DNA from: Gammaproteobacteria bacterium
GTDB taxonomy: Bacteria > Pseudomonadota > Gammaproteobacteria > Magnimaribacterales > Magnimaribacteraceae
Reading direction: 5' to 3'
Assembly (NCBI GenBank): GCA_045563495.1
Contig: JBJLJA010000003.1
Span: 1,000,143-1,064,142, forward strand
DNA: 64,000 bases
How positions within the stretch are numbered: position 1 is the first letter of the stretch; every line of letters begins with the position of its first letter. A model generated the notes under the pieces. That model saw nothing but the letters and a program-made list of their open reading frames with translations. It was not told the origin of the DNA and made no database searches. Positions 27,554-36,922 of this stretch are shown piece by piece. The position numbers and the translations under genes are program-made.

Positions 27554-29017
27554 CTAAGTCGAAGAACCTTTTTCAATTATCCTAATATATGCTCTTACAC
27601 CATCTAAAAAGTCTTTCTTTTTTATTCTCTCATTTGTTCCATGAAAACCAGCAAGCTCTTTATTTGATAAAGGAAATGGATTGAATCTGTAAGAATTGTC
27701 AGCGACTTTCGCATAATGTCTAGTGTCAGATCCGGCAATCATTAAACCAGGCGCGACAATAACATCACCAAAAATTTCTTTAACTGAACTTTCTATTACT
27801 TTGTATCCTCTAGACTCCCAACTTGAAACTTGGCTTGCGGGTCTACCTGAATAGGATAATGCCCTAACTTCTACATTCTCATTTTCTACAAGACCTCTAA
27901 CATGTTCAAAAACATCCTCAACAGAATTCTGTGGATGAATCCTAAAATTAACAATAGCAATTGCTTCAATAGGCAAAACATTTGTTTTGACGCTTGCTGA
28001 AAGCATAGTAGGGGCAGTTGTTGTCCTAAGCATTGCATTAGTAGCTGGAGCTTGAGATAAATAAGAGTCAATAACACCTCCAAAGAGCCAACGATTAGCG
28101 AAAGCAATCTTATAAACAAAAGGCATGTGCTTGCTTATTTCGTCAAACATGGCCAGAGTTAAACCCTCTAATCCGCCTGGCATCCTATTTTCATCTAGCT
28201 TAACTAAAGCTTTAGATAGATGCCCAACTGCTGAGCTCCTAGTTGGCATTGAAGAATGACCTCCAACTGCCTTTCCTACCACCTGCAAAGTCACACTTCC
28301 TTTTTCAGCGACATTAATTGCAGCTACTGGTTTATCAACTCCCGGGATAAAACCTTCAAGCAAAAAAGAACCCTCGTCTAAAGACCATTCTAGCTGGACA
28401 CCTTCTTTAGAAAGGTATTTTACGACCTCAGCAGCACCGTTTACTCCTCCTATCTCCTCATCGTGCCCAAAACTCAAATAGATAGTCCTAGTTGGTTTAA
28501 AGTTTGCCTCCATTAGATAAGTCACTGCTTCCATGATGCCAATCACGCCACTTTTATCATCTAGCGCACCACGCCCCCAGACATATTCAGAGTCGACGTT
28601 TCCAGAATAGGGAGGTTCTGTCCAACTTCCTTCTGTTCCAGGTATAACTGGCACCACATCATAATGACCAGTCACTAAAATAGGCTTTAAGTTTGGATTA
28701 GAACCCTCCCACTTGAATAAAAGTGTGTCATTTAATCTCTTTAGCGAAGTATTTTCAGTTACAAGCTTATAACTCTTTTTTAACCATTGAATAAATGATT
28801 CAAATTCTTCGATAGATTGCTGAGACCGATTCTGACCAGAAATAGTTTTAAATTTGATTGAATCTGATAAGTTAATAATTGCCCTACTTTCATCAAAATC
28901 AATAGCTATTTTTTTGAAATCATTGTCACTACTAGGGTTGTGAGTAAGAGTGTTTATCAGGACTATTGTTAATAGCAACAGTAACGCCAAAGCACTTAAC
29001 TTAATTAACTTTAACAT
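27554..29017 (-). CDS. Secreted M20-family metallopeptidase (carboxypeptidase/aminoacylase-like)
   Basis: 487 aa, signal/anchor peptide. TGHYDVVP, WGRGALDDK and FGHDEEIGG metal-site motifs. Confidence 0.8.
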   Translation of the reverse strand: MLKLIKLSALALLLLLTIVLINTLTHNPSSDNDFKKIAIDFDESRAIINLSDSIKFKTISGQNRSQQSIEEFESFIQWLKKSYKLVTENTSLKRLNDTLLFKWEGSNPNLKPILVTGHYDVVPVIPGTEGSWTEPPYSGNVDSEYVWGRGALDDKSGVIGIMEAVTYLMEANFKPTRTIYLSFGHDEEIGGVNGAAEVVKYLSKEGVQLEWSLDEGSFLLEGFIPGVDKPVAAINVAEKGSVTLQVVGKAVGGHSSMPTRSSAVGHLSKALVKLDENRMPGGLEGLTLAMFDEISKHMPFVYKIAFANRWLFGGVIDSYLSQAPATNAMLRTTTAPTMLSASVKTNVLPIEAIAIVNFRIHPQNSVEDVFEHVRGLVENENVEVRALSYSGRPASQVSSWESRGYKVIESSVKEIFGDVIVAPGLMIAGSDTRHYAKVADNSYRFNPFPLSNKELAGFHGTNERIKKKDFLDGVRAYIRIIEKGSST

Positions 29018-29028
29018 TTTTACTTCCC

Positions 29029-29760
29029 CTATTGATTGAAGCTAAGAATTTCGTCGGCCACCCAGCTAATAGACCAATTATGGCCTAATTTATTTCCTTT
29101 GTATGTTTCTGGCAATCTAGTAACTATACTATTGTTAATCTCTACTACTTGAGGATCAAAATCTAAGTCTTTAAAAGCGCCATCCAGAGCTTGAATTGTT
29201 CTCCATTGGTAGAGAATTGTTCCTGCCGACAAAGAGTTAGGCGAGTTATATTCACATATCGAAGACAGCCCTCCCATACCCTTCAAGGGGCTGGCAATAG
29301 AATGAATTTCTAATGGCAATTCTAAATCCCAAGCTTCAGAAAAAGCTGTCACTAGAAGCCCCCCATAGCTATGACCCAATAATACAACTCTTTCAAAGTT
29401 AGGGTTATGGTCTATTTTGCTCTTTATAATCTCTAAGAGTAAGGTTGCTGAGGGTTCTGGGCAACCTTTATCATTCCAACGGAAAAATGAAATTAAATTG
29501 GTATCTTTATCAAGAACCTGTAACGGATAAACCCATTCATAACCTCTACTGTTGCTTCCGTGGACTCCAATCAAAAGGGTTCTTTGATCAGCAGTAATTG
29601 CTTCTAAATCGTGCAATCCAAAGGCTAAAGAAGTTAAAGACTCACCGGACCTAAAAACATCGTCATTGATACTGAAATTCTCGAGACTTACATCTTGCTT
29701 TTCACTACAAGAAAAAAGCAAGGCAAAAGCCAGAATTAAACTTAGTCTGTTGAGTTTCAC
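29029..29760 (-). CDS. Lipoprotein alpha/beta hydrolase (esterase/lipase-like)
   Basis: 243 aa. Lipobox LLFSC. GHSYGG nucleophile elbow. Confidence 0.65.
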   Translation of the reverse strand: MKLNRLSLILAFALLFSCSEKQDVSLENFSINDDVFRSGESLTSLAFGLHDLEAITADQRTLLIGVHGSNSRGYEWVYPLQVLDKDTNLISFFRWNDKGCPEPSATLLLEIIKSKIDHNPNFERVVLLGHSYGGLLVTAFSEAWDLELPLEIHSIASPLKGMGGLSSICEYNSPNSLSAGTILYQWRTIQALDGAFKDLDFDPQVVEINNSIVTRLPETYKGNKLGHNWSISWVADEILSFNQ

Positions 29761-29792
29761 TTCAATTAGTTTAAAACAATTTCATTAAACTT

Positions 29793-29822
29793 AAAAAAAA
29801 CCCTCCAAAAGGAGGGCTTTTT
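29793..29822 (-). terminator. Rho-independent terminator (usable in both directions)
   Basis: AAAAAAAA-CCCTCC-AAAA-GGAGGG-CTTTTT. On the minus strand the hairpin is followed by T8, 12 nt downstream of the 29834 stop. Confidence 0.8.
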
Positions 29823-29833
29823 ACTAGGAAACT

Positions 29834-30256
29834 TTAAAATGGATAGAAAGTCATCTCTACAGTTTCTGTCTCTAGATTCATAACTGTTTCGCAATAGTTC
29901 ATATTGCCGTCAGTTACATCATCCAGCGACCAAAACTTCATGATTGCTCCCTCTCTTCTAAAAACGCCTTGCCTAGATCCTGCCTGCCTTGCTCCGTCAT
30001 TAAATCCTACTCCTCTTCCAGAAAAATAGCCTTGATCAGGTAATGCGGGATTAAGAGTAACATTGTAAGTTAAGAAAACCTTCCCATATCTCCCTGCTTC
30101 TGAAGAAACCGTAATAGTTCCACCTCCATCAGTTAGCTCTACTGAGGTAATTTTTCCTGAAAGCTTAAACGATTCCCCTTTTGGATCGTGGGCTAGTGCA
30201 GTCAAAGAAAAAAGCGCAGATATGATTATCGCTAAGCTTAATTTCAAAAATTTCAT
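29834..30256 (-). CDS. Small secreted protein, unknown family (paralog A)
   Basis: The start is set at MKFLKLSLAIIISALFSLTALA (signal peptide). The mature part aligns with the product of 31053..31499 (GESF, TIT, YGKVFLTYN/YGKVYLTHN, REGAIMKF/REGKIVTM). Confidence 0.6.
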   Translation of the reverse strand: MKFLKLSLAIIISALFSLTALAHDPKGESFKLSGKITSVELTDGGGTITVSSEAGRYGKVFLTYNVTLNPALPDQGYFSGRGVGFNDGARQAGSRQGVFRREGAIMKFWSLDDVTDGNMNYCETVMNLETETVEMTFYPF

Positions 30257-30319
30257 AATATTCTCCTTTATTGTGTGAAACGATATACTGACCATAACAA
30301 ATTAATCATTGGAGGAAAA

Positions 30320-30928
30320 ATGTTTAAAAATTTAATTATTACAAGTTTTCTAGCAGCTTTTATAAGCGTTGGAGTGTATGCAAAAGAACCAGCTGTTGCC
30401 CACACTTCAGCCGAATGGCAAATATGGGCCTACTCAACAGCAGCACCAGACTTTATTGGAGATTTTGCGACTGTCAAAGGTGCAAATGGCGAAGTTTTAA
30501 GAGAAGGTTCAAATGGTTGGGTTTGCGTGGCGTTCAACCCAATGCCCGAAGGTGGATTCAATACCCCTCATGATGCTAATCCCGCTTGCGGAGATGCGGC
30601 TTCGTTGGCTTGGGTAGATGCTTATATGAATAATACTATCCCAAAAATGGACAGCGATGGGTGGTTATGGATGCTTCATGGTGATACAGGAGTTGATAAC
30701 TTTAGAGCTTATTCTGAGGGTGATAGAGAGGGATCAAATCCTATTCATTTTATAGAATCCGGTCCCCATTTAATGCTTTTACCAAAAGACCCCTCAACTA
30801 TTGAGTCTCAAACAACTGACTTTAACACTGGCGCGCCTTACGTTATGTTTAAGGGTTCTCCTTATGTTCATCTCATGATACCCACAGAAGGATATTACGA
30901 TTATCAGCCGAGTGCAGAACCTAAATAG
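30320..30928 (+). CDS. Secreted protein, unknown family
   Basis: The start is set at MFKNLIITSFLAAFISVGVYA (signal peptide). About 180-aa mature part with 2 Cys. No motif recognised. Confidence 0.55.
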   Translation: MFKNLIITSFLAAFISVGVYAKEPAVAHTSAEWQIWAYSTAAPDFIGDFATVKGANGEVLREGSNGWVCVAFNPMPEGGFNTPHDANPACGDAASLAWVDAYMNNTIPKMDSDGWLWMLHGDTGVDNFRAYSEGDREGSNPIHFIESGPHLMLLPKDPSTIESQTTDFNTGAPYVMFKGSPYVHLMIPTEGYYDYQPSAEPK

Positions 30929-30946
30929 TAAAGTTTAAAGGTATTT

Positions 30947-30976
30947 AAAAAATGGGCTTCAGAGCCCATTTTTTTT
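30947..30976 (+). terminator. Rho-independent terminator
   Basis: AATGGGCT-TCAG-AGCCCATT followed by a T run, 20 nt after the 30928 stop. Confidence 0.85.
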
Positions 30977-31009
30977 GTTGTGAATAAAATTAGACCTATT
31001 AAAGTATGT

Positions 31010-31033
31010 ATTGGCTAGATTGAGCTAGCCAAT
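31010..31033. promoter_or_regulatory. Perfect 9-bp inverted repeat ATTGGCTAG-N6-CTAGCCAAT upstream of paralog B
   Basis: Read directly. It ends 19 nt before the ATG at 31053. Candidate operator or 5'-leader hairpin. Confidence 0.4.
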
Positions 31034-31052
31034 AATCTTAAAGGATAAAATT

Positions 31053-31499
31053 ATGTTAAATATTATAAAAAATAAAATTGTAGCTGGAGTGATAGCTTCT
31101 CTATTTATTGTCATGTCACAAAGTGCTTTTACTTTTGATGTAAGCGGAGAAAGCTTTCCGGCTAACTTCAAAATGACTTCTTGGACTGCAGGTAATGGCG
31201 AGAGCACCATCACTTCTGAAGGGATAGTTGGAGAAGGCTACGGAAAAGTTTACTTAACTCACAATTTCAATGTAAGTGCAGATGATGGTATGTCAGGAGA
31301 GTTTACAGGACAGGCAAGAACCATCAATCAAGACGGTGAGTTGCAGATGGCTTCATTGCAGGGCTCATGGAGTCGTGAAGGTAAAATAGTCACAATGTAT
31401 TCTTTTGATACTCTCAATAATGGCGTTATAAACCATGCGCAAGGCACTGTTGATCTTATGGAAGGAACTTTGAAATTTAAAGTATTCCAAGTTAATTAA
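31053..31499 (+). CDS. Small secreted protein, unknown family (paralog B)
   Basis: 148 aa, signal peptide. Roughly 30% identical by eye to the mature product of 29834..30256. Confidence 0.6.
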   Translation: MLNIIKNKIVAGVIASLFIVMSQSAFTFDVSGESFPANFKMTSWTAGNGESTITSEGIVGEGYGKVYLTHNFNVSADDGMSGEFTGQARTINQDGELQMASLQGSWSREGKIVTMYSFDTLNNGVINHAQGTVDLMEGTLKFKVFQVN

Positions 31500-31510
31500 A
31501 AGATAAATAG

Positions 31511-31548
31511 AAAAACCCTTCTGTTTATTTTAAGCAGAAGGGTTTTTT
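31511..31548. terminator. Bidirectional Rho-independent terminator between convergent genes
   Basis: AAAAA-CCCTTCTG...CAGAAGGG-TTTTTT. Confidence 0.85.
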
Positions 31549-31570
31549 ATTTTCTCTTGTCTGGACTCCT

Positions 31571-32278
31571 TCATTTTAGTATTTCATTTTCGTCATTAAA
31601 CATCGGATATTCTTTTTCATCCCAAAAAACCTTCCCCGTTGGGCCTCCTATTTCCAGCAAGGCCAGTAATTTAGCTGTTGGAAAAGTGTCCTCTGGTTTT
31701 TGAAGGTGAGGCATATCCTTACCCCATATTTTTGTATTTGTTGGTCCAGGAATAATCATATTAATGAGGATGTCTTGATCACGATTTTCATTAGCAGCAA
31801 CTCGTGAAGCGGCCCACACGCCTGCCTTAGCAGCCGCATAAGCTGAAGTGCCTTGAACATTCGTCTCAGCATTTCTAGAAATAGTATTTATGACCCTGCC
31901 ATACCCTTGCTCTTGCATGACTGGCAAGGCGTATCTCATGCCATAAATGGTTCCAAACAGATGAACGGCAACATGATGTTCAAATATTCCATCCGGAAAA
32001 CTAGCCACTTTATGGCCAAAACCCATACCCGCATTATTGAATAAAACATCTACTCTGCCTGTTGATTTTAGAGCAGAGTCTACAAAAGACTTAACTTCAT
32101 CAGACACTGAGACGTCTAAAATTTGAGTTGTTATGCCTTGATCTTCTAGGGCACTTAAACCTTCTCCATCCACATCACATGCAAAAACTTTCGCACCCTC
32201 CTTACAAAAATTCTCAGCCCAAGCTTTACCTAATCCATTAGCAGCGCCAGTTATTAATATTGTTTTATCTTTAAGCAT
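31571..32278 (-). CDS. Short-chain dehydrogenase/reductase (classical SDR)
   Basis: 235 aa. TGAANGLGKA, NNAG and YAAAKAG. Confidence 0.85.
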   Translation of the reverse strand: MLKDKTILITGAANGLGKAWAENFCKEGAKVFACDVDGEGLSALEDQGITTQILDVSVSDEVKSFVDSALKSTGRVDVLFNNAGMGFGHKVASFPDGIFEHHVAVHLFGTIYGMRYALPVMQEQGYGRVINTISRNAETNVQGTSAYAAAKAGVWAASRVAANENRDQDILINMIIPGPTNTKIWGKDMPHLQKPEDTFPTAKLLALLEIGGPTGKVFWDEKEYPMFNDENEILK

Positions 32279-33020
32279 ATTTATTTTTATTTTGCGTATG
32301 CCAGTCTAAGAAATTATTCAGGGTTAAATCTGGCCTCTGAAGTATGGAGCCATGACCCACATTTTTTAAAATTCTAAGTTGTCCAGTGGATGAACTGTTG
32401 GCTATGTCCTTACTAGACGATAAATTAGGATCGTGATCTCCTGTCATCACTAAAAATGGAAAACTGATACCATCAAGTGCTGAGGACAAATCAAACTTTG
32501 CAGCCGCTCCAAGTGATGATGCTGCACTTTCTTTATTTAAATGAACATTCCAGTCTTTGGGGAGTGGATATCTGTCTATTCCCGATTCGACCTGTTTTTC
32601 TAATGCCCTTTTTAAGCCTAATTTTTGTTCCTCTACATCAGCCTCACCTATACTTGCATCACTAAATACTGCTGAAATAACTTTATTAGAAAATAAAGAT
32701 GAATAGGCAATCGCAGCTCTTGTGCCCCAAGCCATGCTCCACATATGGGCTCTTTCTATAGATAAGTAATCCAGAATGTTATTTAAATCTTGCGAGTATC
32801 TTTCAAAAGAAAAAGAATTTGTATTCGTATCTGAGTTTACACTGCCTCCAGACCCGCGAATGTCAAAGGCGATAGTAAAGAAATCTTTTTTTAATTCTTC
32901 TACAACATAATCCCACATTCTAAGGGTACAACCCGCCCCGTGCCAAAGTACCAGAGGCGGATTACTTTTGTCTCCTTGAGTTTCGAAATATAGCTTGGCT
33001 TGCTCAAGCTCCAATTCCAT
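32271..33020 (-). CDS. Alpha/beta hydrolase fold protein
   Basis: 249 aa. LVLWHGAG, an atypical elbow WSMAWG, TGDHDP and GHGS. Confidence 0.6.
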   Translation of the reverse strand: MELELEQAKLYFETQGDKSNPPLVLWHGAGCTLRMWDYVVEELKKDFFTIAFDIRGSGGSVNSDTNTNSFSFERYSQDLNNILDYLSIERAHMWSMAWGTRAAIAYSSLFSNKVISAVFSDASIGEADVEEQKLGLKRALEKQVESGIDRYPLPKDWNVHLNKESAASSLGAAAKFDLSSALDGISFPFLVMTGDHDPNLSSSKDIANSSSTGQLRILKNVGHGSILQRPDLTLNNFLDWHTQNKNKYA

Positions 33021-33025
33021 GCGGA

Positions 33026-33418
33026 TTAAGATAAATTAAGGATTCCGCAAAGTTTGTTTCCTGAAGGATCTCTGAGATAAGCAAGGTAAAGTTTCATCCC
33101 CATCCCTTCTCTCATTCCAGGAGGGTCTTCACATGTAGTGCCGCCACTATTTAAACCAGCTTCATGCCACTCATCACCCTGTTCAGGGCTCTTAACAGCA
33201 AAACCGATAGTACTCCCATTTCCAATTGTAGCTTCTTGATCATCTATAGGTTCAGATATAAGAAATACGTTTCCGTCTAAAAAATACATATATCTTTTAT
33301 GTCCCGTAGGGTTAACAGAAAGCACTCCCGGCTCCGCCCCTAATACACCTAAAGTGCTGTCGTAAAATTTCTTAGACTCCTCAATATCATTTGCCCCTAC
33401 CATTATATGACTAAACAT
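33026..33418 (-). CDS. VOC (glyoxalase/bleomycin-resistance/dioxygenase) family protein
   Basis: 130 aa. MFSHIMVGANDIEESKKFYDSTLG is a typical VOC N-terminus. DPSGNK lies near the C-terminus. Confidence 0.7.
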   Translation of the reverse strand: MFSHIMVGANDIEESKKFYDSTLGVLGAEPGVLSVNPTGHKRYMYFLDGNVFLISEPIDDQEATIGNGSTIGFAVKSPEQGDEWHEAGLNSGGTTCEDPPGMREGMGMKLYLAYLRDPSGNKLCGILNLS

Positions 33419-33460
33419 TTTTATCCCCTTTGTTGTTTATAGAACTAGATTCAAACACAA

Positions 33461-34090
33461 TTATTTTTTAAATAAAACAACATTATTAGCGGGTATTTCT
33501 ATACTCCAGGTCATCATTAAAGCAATCGCCTCCAGGGTTTGTTCTGTATAAAAAACTACATGGGTCGGATCTTTTCTATAATACCAATCTTCAAAGTCTA
33601 TAGAATCATTGTAAAAATTTGTCATTACCCCTAGCCACCCTCCCTTCTCTAAGAGCGAATCAAGCCTCATGAATTCTTTATTAGGTTCGTAGAAGTGCTC
33701 TGCCGTCTCAGTGCACGCGATGAAGTCATACTTTTTATTTAGAAGGGATTTATCTGGAAAGAAATAAGGATCGTATATATCTATAGTGTAGTTATCCTCT
33801 CTAAACATTTCAGCAAGTGCAGGACCAGGACCGCATCCATAATCCAATCCCTTCATGTCAGGCTTTAGCTTCTGGGTTAGTGGATGGTATAAGGCTGATA
33901 GAAATTTTCTGTATTGAGGGTCATAAATATCGTTCTTGTGCTGAGAATATCTATCTTTCTCTGCATAAGGGTCTAAGCGGTCTTTAGGACTTAAAAATAA
34001 TACGTCGCAGAAGTTACATTTAAAATATTCTTTTCCTTCTATTAAATGAGAAAGTTCAGTGTCGGAACCCAAGCAAACCGTACAAATCAC
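33461..34090 (-). CDS. Class I SAM-dependent methyltransferase with N-terminal zinc-ribbon
   Basis: 209 aa. CxxC...CxxC (CTVC...CNFC). Motif I LDYGCGPGP. Confidence 0.7.
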   Translation of the reverse strand: MICTVCLGSDTELSHLIEGKEYFKCNFCDVLFLSPKDRLDPYAEKDRYSQHKNDIYDPQYRKFLSALYHPLTQKLKPDMKGLDYGCGPGPALAEMFREDNYTIDIYDPYFFPDKSLLNKKYDFIACTETAEHFYEPNKEFMRLDSLLEKGGWLGVMTNFYNDSIDFEDWYYRKDPTHVVFYTEQTLEAIALMMTWSIEIPANNVVLFKK

Positions 34091-34114
34091 TTTAATCGTT
34101 ATGGTCCTTAAGAC

Positions 34115-34510
34115 TTATTTTATTGAACCAAAAAATCTAGCATTGGAGTGTACATAAGCATCTGGATTGGGATGCTTAGCCCAGACTTTTTCCCACTCAG
34201 GATCAACATCGAGGTTAGCAAAAAATGCATCTCTATCTTCTCGGCTCTTGTACCTTGCTACCCAAGTCACATTAGGCTGGCCATTAGGTGATACGATAGG
34301 ATTAGTACCCTCGACTATTGCCTTTTCTCCAGTGCTGACCCAAAAGTCAATTATGTCTATTCGCTCATTGCCATAAGGCATAAAATGATTTTCTGCCCAA
34401 TAAACATATGCATCGAACCATTCCTCTTCAATTGTATAGTCTCTTATTTCATAGATATCTGCTTTTAAAGACATTGAAAAAGAAAAAATCAAAACTGCTA
34501 AATACTTCAT
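34115..34510 (-). CDS. Secreted NIPSNAP-like (dimeric alpha/beta-barrel) protein
   Basis: 131 aa, signal peptide. IYEIRDYTI resembles the NIPSNAP YELRTYxL start. This is a weak assignment. Confidence 0.4.
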   Translation of the reverse strand: MKYLAVLIFSFSMSLKADIYEIRDYTIEEEWFDAYVYWAENHFMPYGNERIDIIDFWVSTGEKAIVEGTNPIVSPNGQPNVTWVARYKSREDRDAFFANLDVDPEWEKVWAKHPNPDAYVHSNARFFGSIK

Positions 34511-34554
34511 ACAACACCTCCGTGTTAAGTTTTTTTAAGAAAATATATAATTTA

Positions 34555-34920
34555 TTATAGTCCCAAGTAGGCGAATAATGCCGTAAAGCCCATTAGATAA
34601 GCACCGGGCATGCTTAATAATTGTTTATGCCCGATCAGCCCAAGCAATAAAAATAGGATAGAGCCTAGGATATTAATACCAATTATGGGGTACGCGGCAA
34701 TGTATATTGCGGGATTAAATGCAACATAAAATAAAGTCACTGAACTCACAAAAAGAAATATAGTAAAAACATGCCAACTAACTAGGCTGAGTGATTTAGT
34801 CAGAGACTGTAATTCGCTATTATTAATATTCCCCATATATTTTTGTTGGCCCAATATTCCATGGAACAACATGCCAACAAAAGATAAGGCCGAACTAGCT
34901 ATTAAAAACCAAAATTCCAT
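34555..34920 (-). CDS. Small integral membrane protein (4 TM)
   Basis: 121 aa, hydrophobic. No motif recognised. Confidence 0.45.
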   Translation of the reverse strand: MEFWFLIASSALSFVGMLFHGILGQQKYMGNINNSELQSLTKSLSLVSWHVFTIFLFVSSVTLFYVAFNPAIYIAAYPIIGINILGSILFLLLGLIGHKQLLSMPGAYLMGFTALFAYLGL

Positions 34921-34983
34921 AATTCAAATATATTATCGGGTTAATCTTTTCATTCTATAATAAATCTAAGAATTAGCTTCACT

Positions 34984-35003
34984 TGCTCAAATAATTTTGA
35001 GCA
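34984..35003. promoter_or_regulatory. Perfect palindrome TGCTCAAA-TAAT-TTTGAGCA in a divergent promoter region
   Basis: Read directly. It is flanked by two copies of TTCAAATATA (34923-34932 and 35020-35029). Confidence 0.4.
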
Positions 35004-35057
35004 GCAAATATAGGGAGCGTTCAAATATAGAAAACTTTCTATATAAAGGAGATACAA

Positions 35058-36887
35058 ATGAAAATAACACTCAAATATCTTGGATTCTTTGTCTTGATCT
35101 TGCTGATTGTTGCTTCACTTTATCTGATGAATCTATTCTCCAAGAAACCTTATTCAATAGACCACTATCTAGCCAAAGAATTAGTTGTGGGCATAACTGA
35201 TTCACCAGAATATATGACGTACCTGGGTATATTTGATGGATTTAATTTCATATCAAAACATAATCAGAAACTATCTATTTCTTCACTTGAGGATGGGAAA
35301 GAAACTTACTTAGAAAATTTAGAAAGGTTAAAAATTCTTAAAAATTACGATGTTGATAGTTTAACTAAAAATCAAAAAATTACCCATGAGATAGCAATAT
35401 TCGACACTGAAATAGATATTGAGAGATTTGAAAGCTTTAGATATCACTCCTATCCATTTAATCAAATAAGTGGCAATCACTTAAACCTTGTGGAGTTCAT
35501 GACGGATACACATCCAATTAGAAATGAAAGAGAGGCTACTGATTATATTGAAAGAGTGAAAATGTTTGATGATGCTCTTCGGGCAAACCTTTTATGGCTA
35601 GAAGAACAAAAAAAATTAGGAATATTTGCTCCAGTATATGTTTTTGATCATGTAATTCGTCAGCTAAAAGAACAGCTGGCCTATAAAGATTCTGAGAACC
35701 CCTTAATGCAGGTATATATAAAAAAATTAAAAGAAATAGATCTGGAGCCTGACAAAATAAATAACCTCACCGAAGACTTGAGTCGAACTATAGAGTCAGC
35801 GGTTAAACCTGGGTTTAGTTTAATCTTAGACTACATGTTAGAAAATTATGAAAATGCCAATCAACATCATGGCGTATGGTCACTTCCAAATGGAGACGCT
35901 TTCTATGCCTTGAGACTTAAATCTTATACCACTACAGACTACACGGCAGAAGAGATACATCAGATTGGACTAAAAGAGGTTGCTAGGATTGAAAGCAGAA
36001 TGAAAGATATCTTTCTGGAGCTGGGTTACACGATAGATAAGCCAATTGGCGAGATGATGAATGATTTAAACGAAGATCCTCAGTTTTTATATGCCGATAC
36101 TCCAGATAGAAAAGAGATTGTCATTAAAGACTACAACCAAATGGTAATAGAGGCAGAAGAAGATGTAAGGCCTTATTTTGAAAAATTTCCTGTAAGCCCT
36201 GTTGAGGTTAGGGCTGTTCCTGAGTATTCGGAAAAAACAGCTGCTGGAGGCTACTATCAAGCCCCAAGCCTCGATGGATCTCGACCTGGTGTCTTTTATG
36301 CAAACCTATATGACATTAAACAGACGCCAAAATTTGGCATGAGAACATTAACATTTCACGAAGCCGTCCCCGGACATCATTTCCAAATTGCACTGAATCA
36401 AGAGAATGAAGATTTAACTCTGTATAGAAAATTAGGCTACAGGACATCAGCCTATACTGAAGGATGGGCCCTATATTCCGAACAATTAGCTGTTGAAGTG
36501 GGTATGACAAAAAATCTTTTCGATGAGTTAGGGGTTCTTCAAAGTGAAATGTTCAGAGCAAATAGGCTGGTGGTCGATACCGGGATGCACTATAAAAAAT
36601 GGACCAGAGAAGAAGCTATGGACTATATGAAAAAAACTACCGGCATGTCTGATACTGAAGTAAGGGTTGAGATAGAAAGGTATATAGTTTGGCCTGCTCA
36701 AGCCACTAGCTACAAGATGGGTATGATAAAAATCTTAGAGCTTAGAGAAAGGGCCAAAAATAAAATGGGTGATAAATTCAATCTTAAGCAATTTCATTCC
36801 ATAGTACTGGACCAGGGAATAGTGCCTTTGTTTGTTTTAGAAAATTTGATAGATGATTGGATAGAAGCCGAAAGCAATACACAGTAA
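35058..36887 (+). CDS. DUF885-family protein (putative metallopeptidase-like), N-terminal anchor
   Basis: 609 aa. HEAVPGHHFQ, EGWALYSE and YIVWPAQATSYKMG are the strings I associate with DUF885. Confidence 0.7.
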   Translation: MKITLKYLGFFVLILLIVASLYLMNLFSKKPYSIDHYLAKELVVGITDSPEYMTYLGIFDGFNFISKHNQKLSISSLEDGKETYLENLERLKILKNYDVDSLTKNQKITHEIAIFDTEIDIERFESFRYHSYPFNQISGNHLNLVEFMTDTHPIRNEREATDYIERVKMFDDALRANLLWLEEQKKLGIFAPVYVFDHVIRQLKEQLAYKDSENPLMQVYIKKLKEIDLEPDKINNLTEDLSRTIESAVKPGFSLILDYMLENYENANQHHGVWSLPNGDAFYALRLKSYTTTDYTAEEIHQIGLKEVARIESRMKDIFLELGYTIDKPIGEMMNDLNEDPQFLYADTPDRKEIVIKDYNQMVIEAEEDVRPYFEKFPVSPVEVRAVPEYSEKTAAGGYYQAPSLDGSRPGVFYANLYDIKQTPKFGMRTLTFHEAVPGHHFQIALNQENEDLTLYRKLGYRTSAYTEGWALYSEQLAVEVGMTKNLFDELGVLQSEMFRANRLVVDTGMHYKKWTREEAMDYMKKTTGMSDTEVRVEIERYIVWPAQATSYKMGMIKILELRERAKNKMGDKFNLKQFHSIVLDQGIVPLFVLENLIDDWIEAESNTQ

Positions 36888-36922
36888 TCTTTTTATTTAT
36901 TTTCGAGTTTTAAAAACTACAG

